The translations under genes and the position numbers were made by a program. The notes under the pieces are model-generated. The model ran no database searches. It saw only the letters and a list, made by a program, of their open reading frames with translations, and was not told the DNA's origin. Below are positions 37,804 through 49,179 of a DNA stretch of 64,000 nt, piece by piece. Source of the DNA: Cladosporium halotolerans (taxonomy: Eukaryota); contig NW_027191461.1 of NCBI RefSeq assembly GCF_011745625.1, forward strand, positions 186,001 to 250,000, in the 5' to 3' direction. The stretch's first letter is position 1; each line of letters opens with the position of its first letter.

Positions 37804-39552
37804 GGTGGGCATTTTTGGAGGGGGGTGGGTGGGAGGTGAGGTTGGGTGTGGGGGGTGTGGTATGGGTTAATAAGATGGGAATGTAGGTGGAGGTCTGGAA
37901 TTATGATGGGAAAAGGGCAGAGGAAGAGGTAAGAGAAGCGATACAACGACGTAATGGCTCGAAGTCAAAGCGGCTGGAGCTTGCTGGGGATTCCACACCG
38001 GGGACGTCTAGACAGAAGAACGCGACGACAAGGCGCAGATCGGGCGAGCTTGGGCAGCTGGCACCTCGGCAATGGGCGACTTTGCTCCAATGGCTTCCAG
38101 AGCCCGTTAGTGCTTTCGCCGGCGCACGGGAAGACGGCTGGGCCTGCGCTGGTGATACCTGATGGAGACTCCCAAACGCGAGAAACACTACGTCACCACG
38201 TCTGCCGAGGCGTGCGAGCGGATTGGGGAGCGCATCGGAGAGTGTATACATCAGCAGCAGAGTCAACGTGGTAGCAACGTGGAGGCATGCGCATTGACAC
38301 TGCCATGCAGAGAGCTTAAAGTCAGGCAGACTGCAAGATGCGACATTTATTACTGAGGAACTGCTCGAAGCTCAAGACGAAGGCTTGATAGTCAGCGACT
38401 CCGGATGCATGCCATTGGTCAGAAGTCGCCGCATGAGCTTGCGCCTGAAAACACACGCTGCTTCGGCAGAGGCGTCATCGTACAAGTGCACGGCGCTGTA
38501 CAAGGGACGCCCTTTCGTGACCTACCTGATCTCGCTACACTCACAAGCCGATGCGCGGATGATCCGATGACTGTACAGCGAGGAACTTACAGTGAGACAC
38601 AAGATCAAAGTAGCAAAGTAGATTCCATTTTCGTCACGAAGACGGCCGGGTAGACGACCGCCGACGTATCTAACGAGAGCAGGTGATGTAAAAGAGACAG
38701 AGAACCAAGCGCGCAAGAGATCCCCAACCATAGATGTTTCAAAAAATCCACTCCGCCCGATCCTGTGTTTGCCACATGTGGCCCCAGACAATAGAAAGGT
38801 CAAAAGAGGCTCCGCCGCAGAAAAGCAAGGGCTGAGAAAGAAGCAAAAGTGGTATCGACCAAATGTCATCCCCGCAACCTCCCCGTCAAAACACCACTGC
38901 CGACGTGCGGCTGTCGCCAGCACATCGAGCAGATTGAGATAAAAACAAGATCAAACCAATGTACGCTCATACCAGCCAAAGGCAAGAACACCTTTCGCTG
39001 TATTCGAAAATAGCCCAGCAGTACAATAAACACCAAGGCCGTTAAGGCTTTCTCCAGATTCGTGTCGCGCTTCGTGAGGTAGATTGTCGCAAAAAGAGAT
39101 GTCCTTTTTTTTGCCATAAGATTTCGCCGCCGTTGATTGATCCAGGGGATCGTGAGATAAATCCAAACTCCGTGCGCAATGCGCAAGAGGAAATGAAAGA
39201 TCCAGATATGCTGTCGCAAGTCGTTTATACTTTCGCCATTGTTGCCATCAAAATGCTCGCTCGCAAGAAAAGCAAAAGTCGTGACACGTGCTGCCTGCTG
39301 CTGATGCTGATGTGAACGCCGTCGTCCCAAAGGTACTGTGAGGCCGAAGGTTCCGGGTATCAAGAAGGTTAAGAGTGATTTTTGGTTTTTCGTGATGAAA
39401 GAATTTGTACAGCGCAAAAAAAGCTCTTGAGTGAGAGGAATCCGCTTGACCCGAGAAGGGACGGTATCAAGCGGGTGTGAGAGCGCCTCGCCAGACCGAC
39501 GACGTGGAGCGCCAAGCAATCAGCATTACAGTACAGGCAGCACACGCTGGAT

Positions 39553-40134
39553 TTACCAGCGGCGCTGCATGTGGTGGTGCTGCATCTGGCGGGCCGGCGA
39601 GACGCTGAGAGGAGGGCTTGCGACGGAGCGGGTCGACGGGTCGACGATAGGGATGGCGTTACGGGTGCGCTGCGCCATGGGCTGGTGCAGCTTCATGTTG
39701 TGCTGGTAGCCGGCGGGGGCCGGGTTGAACGTATTCGGAGCGGAGGAGAGGAGGAAGGAAGGAGTTGGCTGGACCTGCTGCTGGAGCGGAGAGCTCTCGG
39801 GAGAGCCAGATGACAGCGATCCGCGGTCGGAAGCGGAGGAGGAGTGGATGGACTGCAGGTCGTCCTCGGTCAGGAGGTGGAAGGGGCAGAAGAGCTCGTC
39901 GTCGTCGAACTCGAAGCTCTTGGCGGCCTCCATGCGCTGCAGGTACTCGGAGTACGCGGGCGGCTCAGGGACGATCTCCTTGACGCTGCGCTGAGCCTTG
40001 AACTGGCGGTTCGCATTCTGCGACGCAACTCTCGGGCCCCTCCGGCTGCGACCGTGGTGGCCGTGGGAGTTGTGCGGCGCATGGGAGGGGATGGAAGGGT
40101 AGTGAGGCACCCCGTAATGATACTGGTTAGACAT
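39553..40134 (-). CDS. Conserved-looking fungal hypothetical protein (His/Ser/Pro-rich)
   Basis: ATG 40134 (MSNQYHYG); strong C/G third-position bias; motifs EAAKSFEFDDDELFCP and RTRNAIPIVDP. Confidence 0.75.
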   Translation of the reverse strand: MSNQYHYGVPHYPSIPSHAPHNSHGHHGRSRRGPRVASQNANRQFKAQRSVKEIVPEPPAYSEYLQRMEAAKSFEFDDDELFCPFHLLTEDDLQSIHSSSASDRGSLSSGSPESSPLQQQVQPTPSFLLSSAPNTFNPAPAGYQHNMKLHQPMAQRTRNAIPIVDPSTRSVASPPLSVSPARQMQHHHMQRRW

Positions 40135-40198
40135 TGTTGCGATGGAAGTCGGTGGTTGTGATGGCGGAGGAGGGCGGTATTGTGCGGTGAGTGTGGGC

Positions 40199-40218
40199 TG
40201 TGTGTGTGTGTGTGTGTG
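40199..40218. repeat. (TG)10 microsatellite
   Basis: Direct read; lies upstream of the 39553-40134 gene. Confidence 0.9.
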
Positions 40219-42764
40219 GGAGGAGCAGCACGGGCGGAAATGAGCCAACAACAACGCTAGCTAGCGGTTGTTCCCGAAGACGGTGGCGAGCGGCGGTGTG
40301 GAAGCGGTCGAGGGGTTGTGCGTCTCGTGAGACGACGGGTGTAGATGGCGCTGTGTGTAGAAGGAGATTGATGCGAAGTGCTGCGAAGCTGGTGGAAGAG
40401 TGAAGTTGCACGGGACGGGCGGGTGGTGTCGAGAGGAGAGTGAATGGTGGTGGTGGGAAGGGGAGCGAGGGAGGGAGCGACAGGCTGGGGCGGCTGTGCG
40501 GTCTGATTGGCCGGGCGCGCCCTAGGCCGGAAACGGCATAGCGCCACGGGGGTCCAAAGCTACAAGACGTCAGAAGCTAGACGCGGACGGCAAGAACGAG
40601 GGCGATCGCGCCGGCGCATGCGGCACTGCCGTTCCAGAACAGCAGATGGGCGGGCGGCAGCCTGAGGTGCCGCGAGCCTGAGACCGGCCATCATTGTGTC
40701 TCGATTGCCGCGCCCGTTGCTCTGCGCACCGCCGTACCGTGGACGTTGGTATGCTAAGATACCGTAGCCACCACGGCCGCTATTTTGGTGAGGCGGGCTC
40801 GCAAGGCCACTGCGCCCTGGGGGGATGGACTGGCGGAAGCGCGCGGTGGTCGGTGGCGAACGACGAGCCTCACGCCTCCACCACCACCCCCTCGACTGCT
40901 AGTGAATGAACTGCACGCAGACACGCAGACGCCGTCCTGCATTCCGTCGCCTTGGCCTGCAGCAGCTTGCAGAAGTACAAGCCTCAGACCCGCCCGTCCA
41001 CGCCATCCTGCAGTGCCTGCCTCGCCGTGCCCGCCCTGCGCTCGTCCGCTTCCGTCGCCCGGGCGCTTGCGAGAGAGCTGCAGCCGTGCGTGCCTCAGCC
41101 CTCAGGGCTCGGGGCGCTGGCGTGGCTGGCTCGCTTGCGTTGCTCAGGCTGCACTGCGCCTCTTGCCCACGTGCCCACAGACCGCTCTTTGCGGCTCAGC
41201 TGCTGTCAAATCACAAACAATAATGCAGCGCTTCACCCCGCCTCCACACTGCTCGCTGCCATCCGTGCCCGCAGCCCTCCTCAGGAGTCAGGCTGTCAGG
41301 ATGCCTCAGGAGTCAGGATACGCGCAGCAGCACGCCGCCGCACAAGGCGACACGCCCATGGCGGGAGCGCCGGCGCGTGACAGCACGGCACAGGGCAGAG
41401 GCAGCCGAGCAAGCCTCCTCCACCGCAGCGCAGCACACCTTCGAGCTTCTGCCGGTAGCGGTCGCAGGTCGCTCCACTCTGGCGGCAACAGCGCTTGAGC
41501 CTGCTTTGCCAGCAATGCGTTGCTACCTACCACTAGGCCTGCTGTAGCCCGGCCGGACGCAGATCTCGTTGGCAGGTACTAAAGTAAGATGCCTTTGTGG
41601 GGTGCGTGGCGGCCAGGCGACTGTCTCATCTCTCGGTCGGCCTCACGTCAGCCCTAGTGTTCCACGCGGAGGGTCTCTGTTTCTGTCTCTGTCTGCTGCT
41701 GCTCGGTAACAGTTAGAGCACCTTGGTCGGTGACTGCTGGCCTGGCCTCTAGGCCTGTGACGACTCCTTGCAACTTCAAGCCGCCTAGTTGATGTGCAGT
41801 GAATAAATAATACTCTCCTGAGCGACAAGCTATGCCACACGTAATCGCATCCCGGCTGCGTGGCTGTTCCTGTAAATTTAGACCTCCCTTGCTCTACATA
41901 AACGATGATGAGGCTCTGTGCACTTCCCGTCGATGGCGACTTGATGGACCCCGCTCGTGCTTTGCGTCCCAGCATCAACTGCCGCCGTTTCACCTGTGGA
42001 GATCACTGCACATCCTTTTTTGACTCCTGACAGGCGAATTGGTGGAAATGAGGGTCACTTGACGCATATGTGGCTTGAGTAGGCTGTCGTATTCCCGTCC
42101 GTCCCGGTGAAGTATGGTTTATCCCACGAGCTCGACGCATCTGGATTGCTATGGAGTAGTGATGGCACGGAGGCTTCTCACTCGTATAAAAGTCGGCTGC
42201 AACACCTGCAGGGTCTATAGACCTTTAATTCCCGGTGGTCTCACGAATGCTTGTTCAACGAGACCATGCTCATATAATTCGGCCTGATGCTTTTCAATCT
42301 ACACATGTGCCTCGCCGCCATCAACTCGTGTCGTGAAGTATGTTTCCTCCGAGGCGAACGCAAGGCAAGAAATCGAGTGGTTGCCGCCTATGATCATTAG
42401 AATACCTCCTGCTTTGAAAAAATGATGTGGCGCTCGTTCATAGGTGTTCTGGAGCAACACTTGTCTCGCCAGCAAGCTTCACTTCACACGGCCCATACTC
42501 TGGTAGAAGCGGGTGGTTGTCCAGGAAGCTGCTTGGTCTTGTAGACCTCTGCTCACTTTTTTCGTGGTCTCTTCCCTTCAACCCGTCGTGCAACGGACTG
42601 TGGATAGCCAGTCTCGTCGTCGTCTTTTGTCTTCCCCTGGAGCCAGTGCCTGTGGTCTTGTGCAAGTCAATACTCGAAGGTCGCGAATATTCACGTCATC
42701 CCGTTATAATCCTCTTCCAAAGGACCCAGTCGTTCAGCTCCCACAGCACCACCAAGCCTTCCCA

Positions 42765-43709
42765 TCACTTCGCCGCGTCCCTCACGAACCGAGAAATCGC
42801 CTCCTTGCACGCCCGCTCATTGTAACTCTCCCAGCACTCATACAAACTGACCATCTCCTGCGTCGCGTCCACCACAGCCTCCATATCAACCTTGCTCTCC
42901 GCAAGCCAATCCACCAACTTCCCCATCCGCTGCGGACTCTGCCTGAACCCAAACCCAGCCAACGCCCCCCCAGCAACAGCCCCCTGCACCGCCGCCGCAC
43001 TCATCGCCGGCCCTCCCGCCGCCGCCGCAGCAGCAGCAGCAGCAGCAGCACTCGAGCTATGCGCCTGCAGCCCCGCCGGATGCGCCGGCCGCAGCACGAC
43101 CGCGAGGAAAACCGCCGCCACCGCGATCACCGTCGGCGGATACAGCAGCGCGAGGTCCGTGACGAAGCTGTCGTTCAGCACAGCGTGCGCGAGCGCGGCC
43201 TCGTCGGCGCCCAGCGCCAGCGGGCCCTGCAGGTCCGCCAGCGCGCGGTACGGGTGGTGCACGATCAGGCGGCTGCTGAGCGTGCTGATCAGCGCGAACT
43301 CGCACTCGCCGATGCGCCCGGTGTCCTGCGCGCCGAGCTCCGGCCACTGCCGCGCGGCTTCGTTCAGCAGCAGCCGGATGTGCTGCGGCGTCTCCTCCAT
43401 CTTGCACGCGAGGTAGGTCGCGGTCGCGAGGATGAGGTAGGGGTTTGTGCGCCGGGGTTCGACGTGCAGGTAGAAGCGCTTGAGGTAGATTTGCGCGGTG
43501 GCGAGCGCTTGCTGGCGGAGGGACATGCGCTTGGCGAGTTTGGTTAGTTGGGTTTGCAGGTAGATGTTGATGTGGCGGGGGTCCGGGAGGGGGTATTTGG
43601 TGTGCAGGGCGGCGTGTTGTTTGGCGAGGGTGGTGCGGTGGGCGAGGAGTTCGGGGCGCGTGAAGGTCCAGTATTTGGCTTGCGTGGAGTCGTAGTAGTT
43701 TGCTGCCAT
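42765..43709 (-). CDS. SSN8: Cyclin C (Mediator CDK8 module)
   Basis: MAANYYDSTQAKYWTFT, LRQQALATAQIYLKRFY, YLACKMEETPQHIR, ECEFALISTLSSRLIVHHPYR, TDLALLYPPTVIA. Confidence 0.95.
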   Translation of the reverse strand: MAANYYDSTQAKYWTFTRPELLAHRTTLAKQHAALHTKYPLPDPRHINIYLQTQLTKLAKRMSLRQQALATAQIYLKRFYLHVEPRRTNPYLILATATYLACKMEETPQHIRLLLNEAARQWPELGAQDTGRIGECEFALISTLSSRLIVHHPYRALADLQGPLALGADEAALAHAVLNDSFVTDLALLYPPTVIAVAAVFLAVVLRPAHPAGLQAHSSSAAAAAAAAAAAGGPAMSAAAVQGAVAGGALAGFGFRQSPQRMGKLVDWLAESKVDMEAVVDATQEMVSLYECWESYNERACKEAISRFVRDAAK

Positions 43710-44411
43710 GGTGAATGGTGGTTGACAGGTTGTATTCCTCTTGGTCAAAGTCGAATATGGGCTTGCGTAGGTCCAGAGAACGATTTGGCGGACTGTAAGT
43801 CCAGATCTCGATCAATCAGGATCTCTTCAAGAGGGCCCCGTCAGTCTTTCCAGGCACTTGCAGTGATTGTCCTTACTGATGTGCTGTGCGTTGTGCACTT
43901 GATCATTATTGCCAGATTCGATGCTGGTTGTGTCAATCAACATTCACACTGGGAAAAATGAGGAACCATTGCGGATCTGTTTTGTGACTGCCTTTACATG
44001 TACCTGGAATGATATCTGATCTTCGAAACAAGTCAAAGCCAAAGCCAAACTGCGAAGTGAGGTGCTACCGACGCGACCCGTGCGCCAGGTCAAGTTGCTG
44101 ACCAGGGAGAGGGCCCGCCCGGATTATTGCCGCCAGCCGGCCGCCCGCACCGCAGGAAGCTTTGAGTCCAATGCTTGCAGGGCCAACGTCAGAGGCACGC
44201 GCGCTGGATAGGGAACGAGCGCCTCGCATATTCACGGCAATACCACATCTCCACTCACCACTCGAAAAAAATCACCCTCCCTGGGCACCGCACACCTCTG
44301 CGACAGCTCCTATCGCGGCGCCCCTGGAGACCTTGCGAAAACAGGTCCCTGAAATTGCAGCTGCCGCCCCGGCTAGCCATGAAACCAAGATAGCAACAGC
44401 AACATACGGCT

Positions 44412-46510
44412 ATGGATGGCGAGTCCCGAGAGGAGCGGGATGCCAGGATCAGGGCGCTGTGGGAGCAGCTGGATACCAAGCGGAAGGGCAACGTCGACCT
44501 GCCCGCCCTCAAAAATGGCCTGACAAAGATGAACCACCGTGAGTGTGCTAGGCATAGCTCTGCAAGGGGAAGGGCTAACGCTAAGTTCCCTCACAGCGCT
44601 CAAGGATGCGGACCATTTGATAAAAGATATCCTACACGCGGCCGACATCAATCACGACGGCAAGATCTCTTTCGAGGGTCCGTTTTGTGTTACTCTACCG
44701 AGACCGAAAAGCGCAGTGTGAGCTGACAATGTTTTGCAAGAGTTTTGCAAGTTTTGCCAGGAGACCGAGAAAGAGCTCTGGAAACTTTTCAAGACAATCG
44801 ATAAGGATCAGAATGGCCGTCTGGACAAAGGCGAGCTCGCGGCGGCATTTGAGCGCTCCGGTGTGGGTGTTTCGAACGCGCGACTGGAACGCTTCTTCTC
44901 CTATATCGACAAAGACCGTGATGGTTCGATCGACTACAACGAGTGGAGAGGTACGTGGGATTGACTCAAGTCACGACAGAACGCCGAAGAAGCTGACACA
45001 GAAGTCCCAGATTTCCTTCTCTTCATCCCAACCCAGGCGCCCGGCCTCAAAGCGGTCCTTTCCTACTATCAGTCCGCCGCGCAGGTAACGCCGGAGGGAG
45101 ATGTTCACATAAGCGATGAGTCGCTTCAGGGCCTTGGTACGACCCTCGATTTTCTTAAGACCTCAACGTTCGGCGCAATCACATCTCTCGTCCGTCCGTC
45201 AAAACCCTCTCACCAGCAGCTTCCTCCGGCGGCCGCGGTCAGTCATGCAACAGCCGAAGCGTCACAAGCGACTCAGCTAGCATCGGCGGGCTTCTACGAT
45301 GCCGAAGACGAGGAAGTCCGCGTGGAGGAGGAGGACCCGTACATCCCGATTAAGCCTGCGCGACGGAAGCTCAAACTGACGGATCTTGTGCCCGATGTAG
45401 GCTACTTCGTCGCGGGTGGATTGAGTGGAATCACGTCGCGCACAGTAACGGCGCCGTTGGATCGCCTCAAAGTGTACCTCATCGCGCAGACCACCAACGC
45501 GCAAGACGCAGTTCAGGCCGCGAAGAGTGGCTCGCCTGTGAAGGCGGGTCGCCAGGGTGTAAGAACCTTGGTCAACGCTTGCAAGGAACTGTGGGCTGCC
45601 GGCGGTATCAGGAGTTTGTTTGCAGGTAAGACTAGCATTGCATTCAGGTCGAGAATGTTGTCTGACGACTTCACAGGCAACGGCATCAACGTTGTCAAAG
45701 TCATGCCGGAATCCGCCGTCAAGTTCGGTTCTTACGAGGTTCGCCATACTTCCCAGCATCCTCCACGCAGCTACTGACTTCAGCAGGCCTCAAAACGTGC
45801 TGTCGCCAGATTCGAAGGACACAGTGACCCTAAGAACATCTCTGCGCCCTCGCAATTCATCGCAGGTGGTATGGCTGGCATGATCAGTCAAGCTGTCGTC
45901 TATCCTCTTGATACGCTCAAATTCCGCATGCAATGTGAGACCGTCGTCGGCGGCGAGCGTGGCAACAAACTTATCTGGCACACGGCACAAAAGATGTGGG
46001 CGCGCAATGGACTCGCTTCTTTCTACCGCGGTCTTCCAATGGGCTTGATGGGCATGTTCCCGTACGCCGCGATCGACCTGTTCATGTTCGAAACCCTCAA
46101 GAAGACTATGATCGCTCGCAACGCCAAGAAGAAGGGCGTCAAGTTCGACGAGGATGCTCTTCCCGGAAACTTCACTCTGGCGCTCATGGGAGGCTTTAGT
46201 GGTGCATTCGGCGCCAGTATAGTATACCCTTTGAACCTGTTGCGCACCAGGTTGCAAAGTCAGGGTACGGCGGGCCATCCCAGGACATACACTGGTATCA
46301 TGGATGTCACGAGGCAGACCCTGAAGCACGAAGGACCCCGCGGACTGTTCAAGGGCTTGACACCGAACTTGCTCAAGGTCGTTCCGGCCGTGTCGATTGT
46401 AAGTGTCTTTCCTCGCATCTTCGATCTCGTGTTTGGATATGACTTACTGACTCTCCCTCCAGACATACGTTGTGTACGAGAACACAAAGAAGGCGCTGCA
46501 TCTGCATTAG
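44412..46510 (+). CDS. SAL1: Calcium-binding mitochondrial ATP-Mg/Pi carrier
   Basis: Four EF-hand-like loops (DTKRKGNVD, DINHDGKIS, DKDQNGRLD, DKDRDGSID) and carrier signatures APLDRLK, YPLDTLK, YPLNLLR. Six introns; TAG 46508-46510. Confidence 0.93.
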
Positions 46511-46799
46511 TAGGACACTGGTGGCCCTGGTTGAGCGTCGGAATATTTGTGCTTCATCGCGAGGCGTTGGGCGTTAGCTGCATAGAGCTGAGGAGCATAG
46601 GGTGCCAAATGATGGACCTGAGGTTGTGTGCTTCCATTGTGTTTTGGGATACAGGGTACCATTCTAGTCGTACAAGCCTCTTGTATAAAGCCTCGACCCA
46701 ATATCCTCGTCTACTAGAGTCTATCTCGGCCGTGGAAATCTATCCGTATATGCAGACATGCAATCCTGCTCCCTAAATTATCTTACATTCTTCCTCTTC

Positions 46800-47692
46800 T
46801 CATATCGAGCCACCCATGGTATTGCTCGCCCACTGATAGCTGCCCAGGAACACAGCTCCGCCAATGCTGATCCACATCGTCCTCGGGCCCAGCCCACTGA
46901 AGAACGCCCTGGGCCCTTCCTCCCTCCATATCCGTCTCGTAACACTCACCGCGCTCTCTTTCGTCGTCGCAAGCATCAGCCGTGTCTTCAACACATCTAA
47001 CGGCGTCGTCGCGGCAGCCGCCACACCTCCGCTCACGCTACCAAACACCGCGCTCTCCATCGCCGTCGCATCCGTTCCGCCCCTCCGCGCCGCCGCCCAA
47101 CCCTTCATCCTCTCCCACAGCGGGAACTGAATCACCGTAAACGGCACCTCCCTCATAACCGTCACGCCCCAACCCCTGTACAGCTCCGCCCACACCCTCC
47201 TCAGCCCCTCCGTCTTCGCCAGCCCCAATATCCCACCCAACGCCGCCCGCGAAGAAGGATACTGCCCGGCCTGCGCGCGCTGCTTGACGACCTCCGTCGG
47301 CACGCGCACCGCGCACGCGGCCACCTCGCCCAAGCTCGCGGCCAGCACGTGCGCGCCGGGCCTGCGCGGGTCCGCGAACTGCGCCTTGACGCCCTCGTAC
47401 GTGACGAAGAAGAGCGCGGCGCCCGGCGCGCTGCCCGCCGCCGCGCTGCCGATGCCCTTGTAGATGCCGCGGAAGCCGCCGGCGGCCCAGAAGCCGGCGG
47501 AGGACTGCAGGCGGGTCTTGAGCGTGTCGAGGGGGAAGAGCGAGGTGTCGACTGTTGTGCCTGCTAGGGCGCCTGCCTGGGATTGTTAGAGGGTGGGGGT
47601 TTGGGGAGTTGGGAGGGAGGTGGGGGGCTTACGAGGAGGGAGCGCAGGTAGGGCGATTCGACGAGCGTGGTGGGGCGGGTTGTTGTGTCCAT
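46800..47692 (-). CDS. PET8: Mitochondrial S-adenosylmethionine carrier
   Basis: [92 protein letters not shown]. One intron. Confidence 0.93.
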
Positions 47693-48218
47693 TTTTGCTG
47701 AACAGCTAGCTGGAGCTGCTAGCTGCTGTGGAGGATAGAGGGAGGTTAAGGGCGGGAGGTGTGAAGGAGTGATGCTGTTGCCATTGGGCGTTGGTCGCGT
47801 GCACTGGCTTGACGTTTGGACTCAGCGCATGATGTCGTCCCCAAAAAAGTCCCGGCGGCCGAAGCGATGTCGGCTGACTGGCCGAGAGCTGTCATTGCGC
47901 CGAGGGTCCATCAATTCATTCCATGGATATATTTAATTGTGACGTTCTTTTCATTTCTACACAAACCGAATGCTTTGCAGGATGTTGTTCCAGGAATCCA
48001 CGCTGTTTGATTGATCGATCCTCGTGGAAAGCTCATCAAGCTCTAGGTCGCCAGTGTCCAAATGCCAGCACCAGGCTACCAGTTGAACAAAAACACCATT
48101 ATTACTCCTTGCTATATGAATGAGACAATTTTACGATTATTGTCATGTACTAATAGCTCGCCGATGTCTAGATCACAGTGATAATCCGCCAGAAAACATT
48201 CCCCTCCCCATCCAACCC

Positions 48219-49179
48219 TCAAGACCTCCTCCCCTCATCACCCTCCAACTCCGCCACAGCTCCATCATTCGACGCCTCGACCGGGCGCGAAACACCCGAC
48301 ACCTCTACCACATTCTTGCCCTCCATTTCCGGCTTGTCCATTGCTTGTTCGGAGCGAAACACCTCGCCCACAAAACCCGACTTGCCATCGCCCATCGCAC
48401 CCTCCCCACCCGCCGCCAAATCATCCCGCCGCTCCCCCTTCCAATCAACCAAAGGCTCGCCCGTCTGGCTCGCGCCTTCCTCCCTCGCCTTCCGCCTCTT
48501 CCTTACACACACCCACGTCGCGAGAGCCGTAGCGAGCACGAGCAGCGGTATGCCCAGGCCCAGGCCGAGGCCTAGCCCGAGGCGCAGACTGCTCGAGTCG
48601 GAGCCTGGACCCGAGCTAGAGCCAGAGTCAGAGTCGATGCCAGAGTCAGGCGCGGAGCTGGAGTCCGGCCCTGGGGCCGGCGTGGCGGTCGCGGAGCCGT
48701 CGACGATCTGGAACTCGCTGCTGTTCGAGTGGCAGCGGTTGCACTCCGGGTTGTCGGGGTATAACAGCCTCAGGTGGAAGGGGTCGCTGCGTCCCATGCC
48801 GGGCAGCACGTCCGCGGTCCATGGCAGGATGGTCGTGGCGTTGGAGACGTTGGCTTTAGCGAGAGCGTGTCAATGAGGAAATCGCGTGGCGGCTGCTTTC
48901 TCAATGCTCGGCGGACCTACTCAGCAGCTTAAACATCTCCCAGTGCCCGTCGGCCCGGGGCCCTTGGTACAGCTCGAGGGAGACGATGGGGAAGGTGGAG
49001 TTCCATCTGAAGACGACTTGTTCCTCGGGCTTGAAGAAGATCTTCGGCTCGTTGGCGCGGACGCGTGGGGGATACACGAGGGCTACTGTGCGGTACTGCG
49101 CGAGTGACAGAGACGCCAATTGTAGGATGAGCACTGCGACTCGGAGCAGCCGAAACTTTACAGCAGTGAGATGAGCCAT
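48219..49179 (-). CDS. Single-pass cell-surface protein (signal peptide, small extracellular domain, Ser-rich stalk, TM, cytoplasmic tail; Mid2-like architecture)
   Basis: Signal RLLRVAVLILQLASLSLA; intron near 48855-48920; GLGLGLGLGIPLLVLATALATWVCV-RKRRK; tail motifs VVEVSG and VAELEG. Confidence 0.75.

Noticed and set aside
40694..41533. Overlapping ORFs in the GC-rich region upstream of the 39553-40134 gene
   Set aside because: Low-complexity Arg/Ala/Pro translations in all frames with no codon bias or motif; probably promoter or leader DNA.
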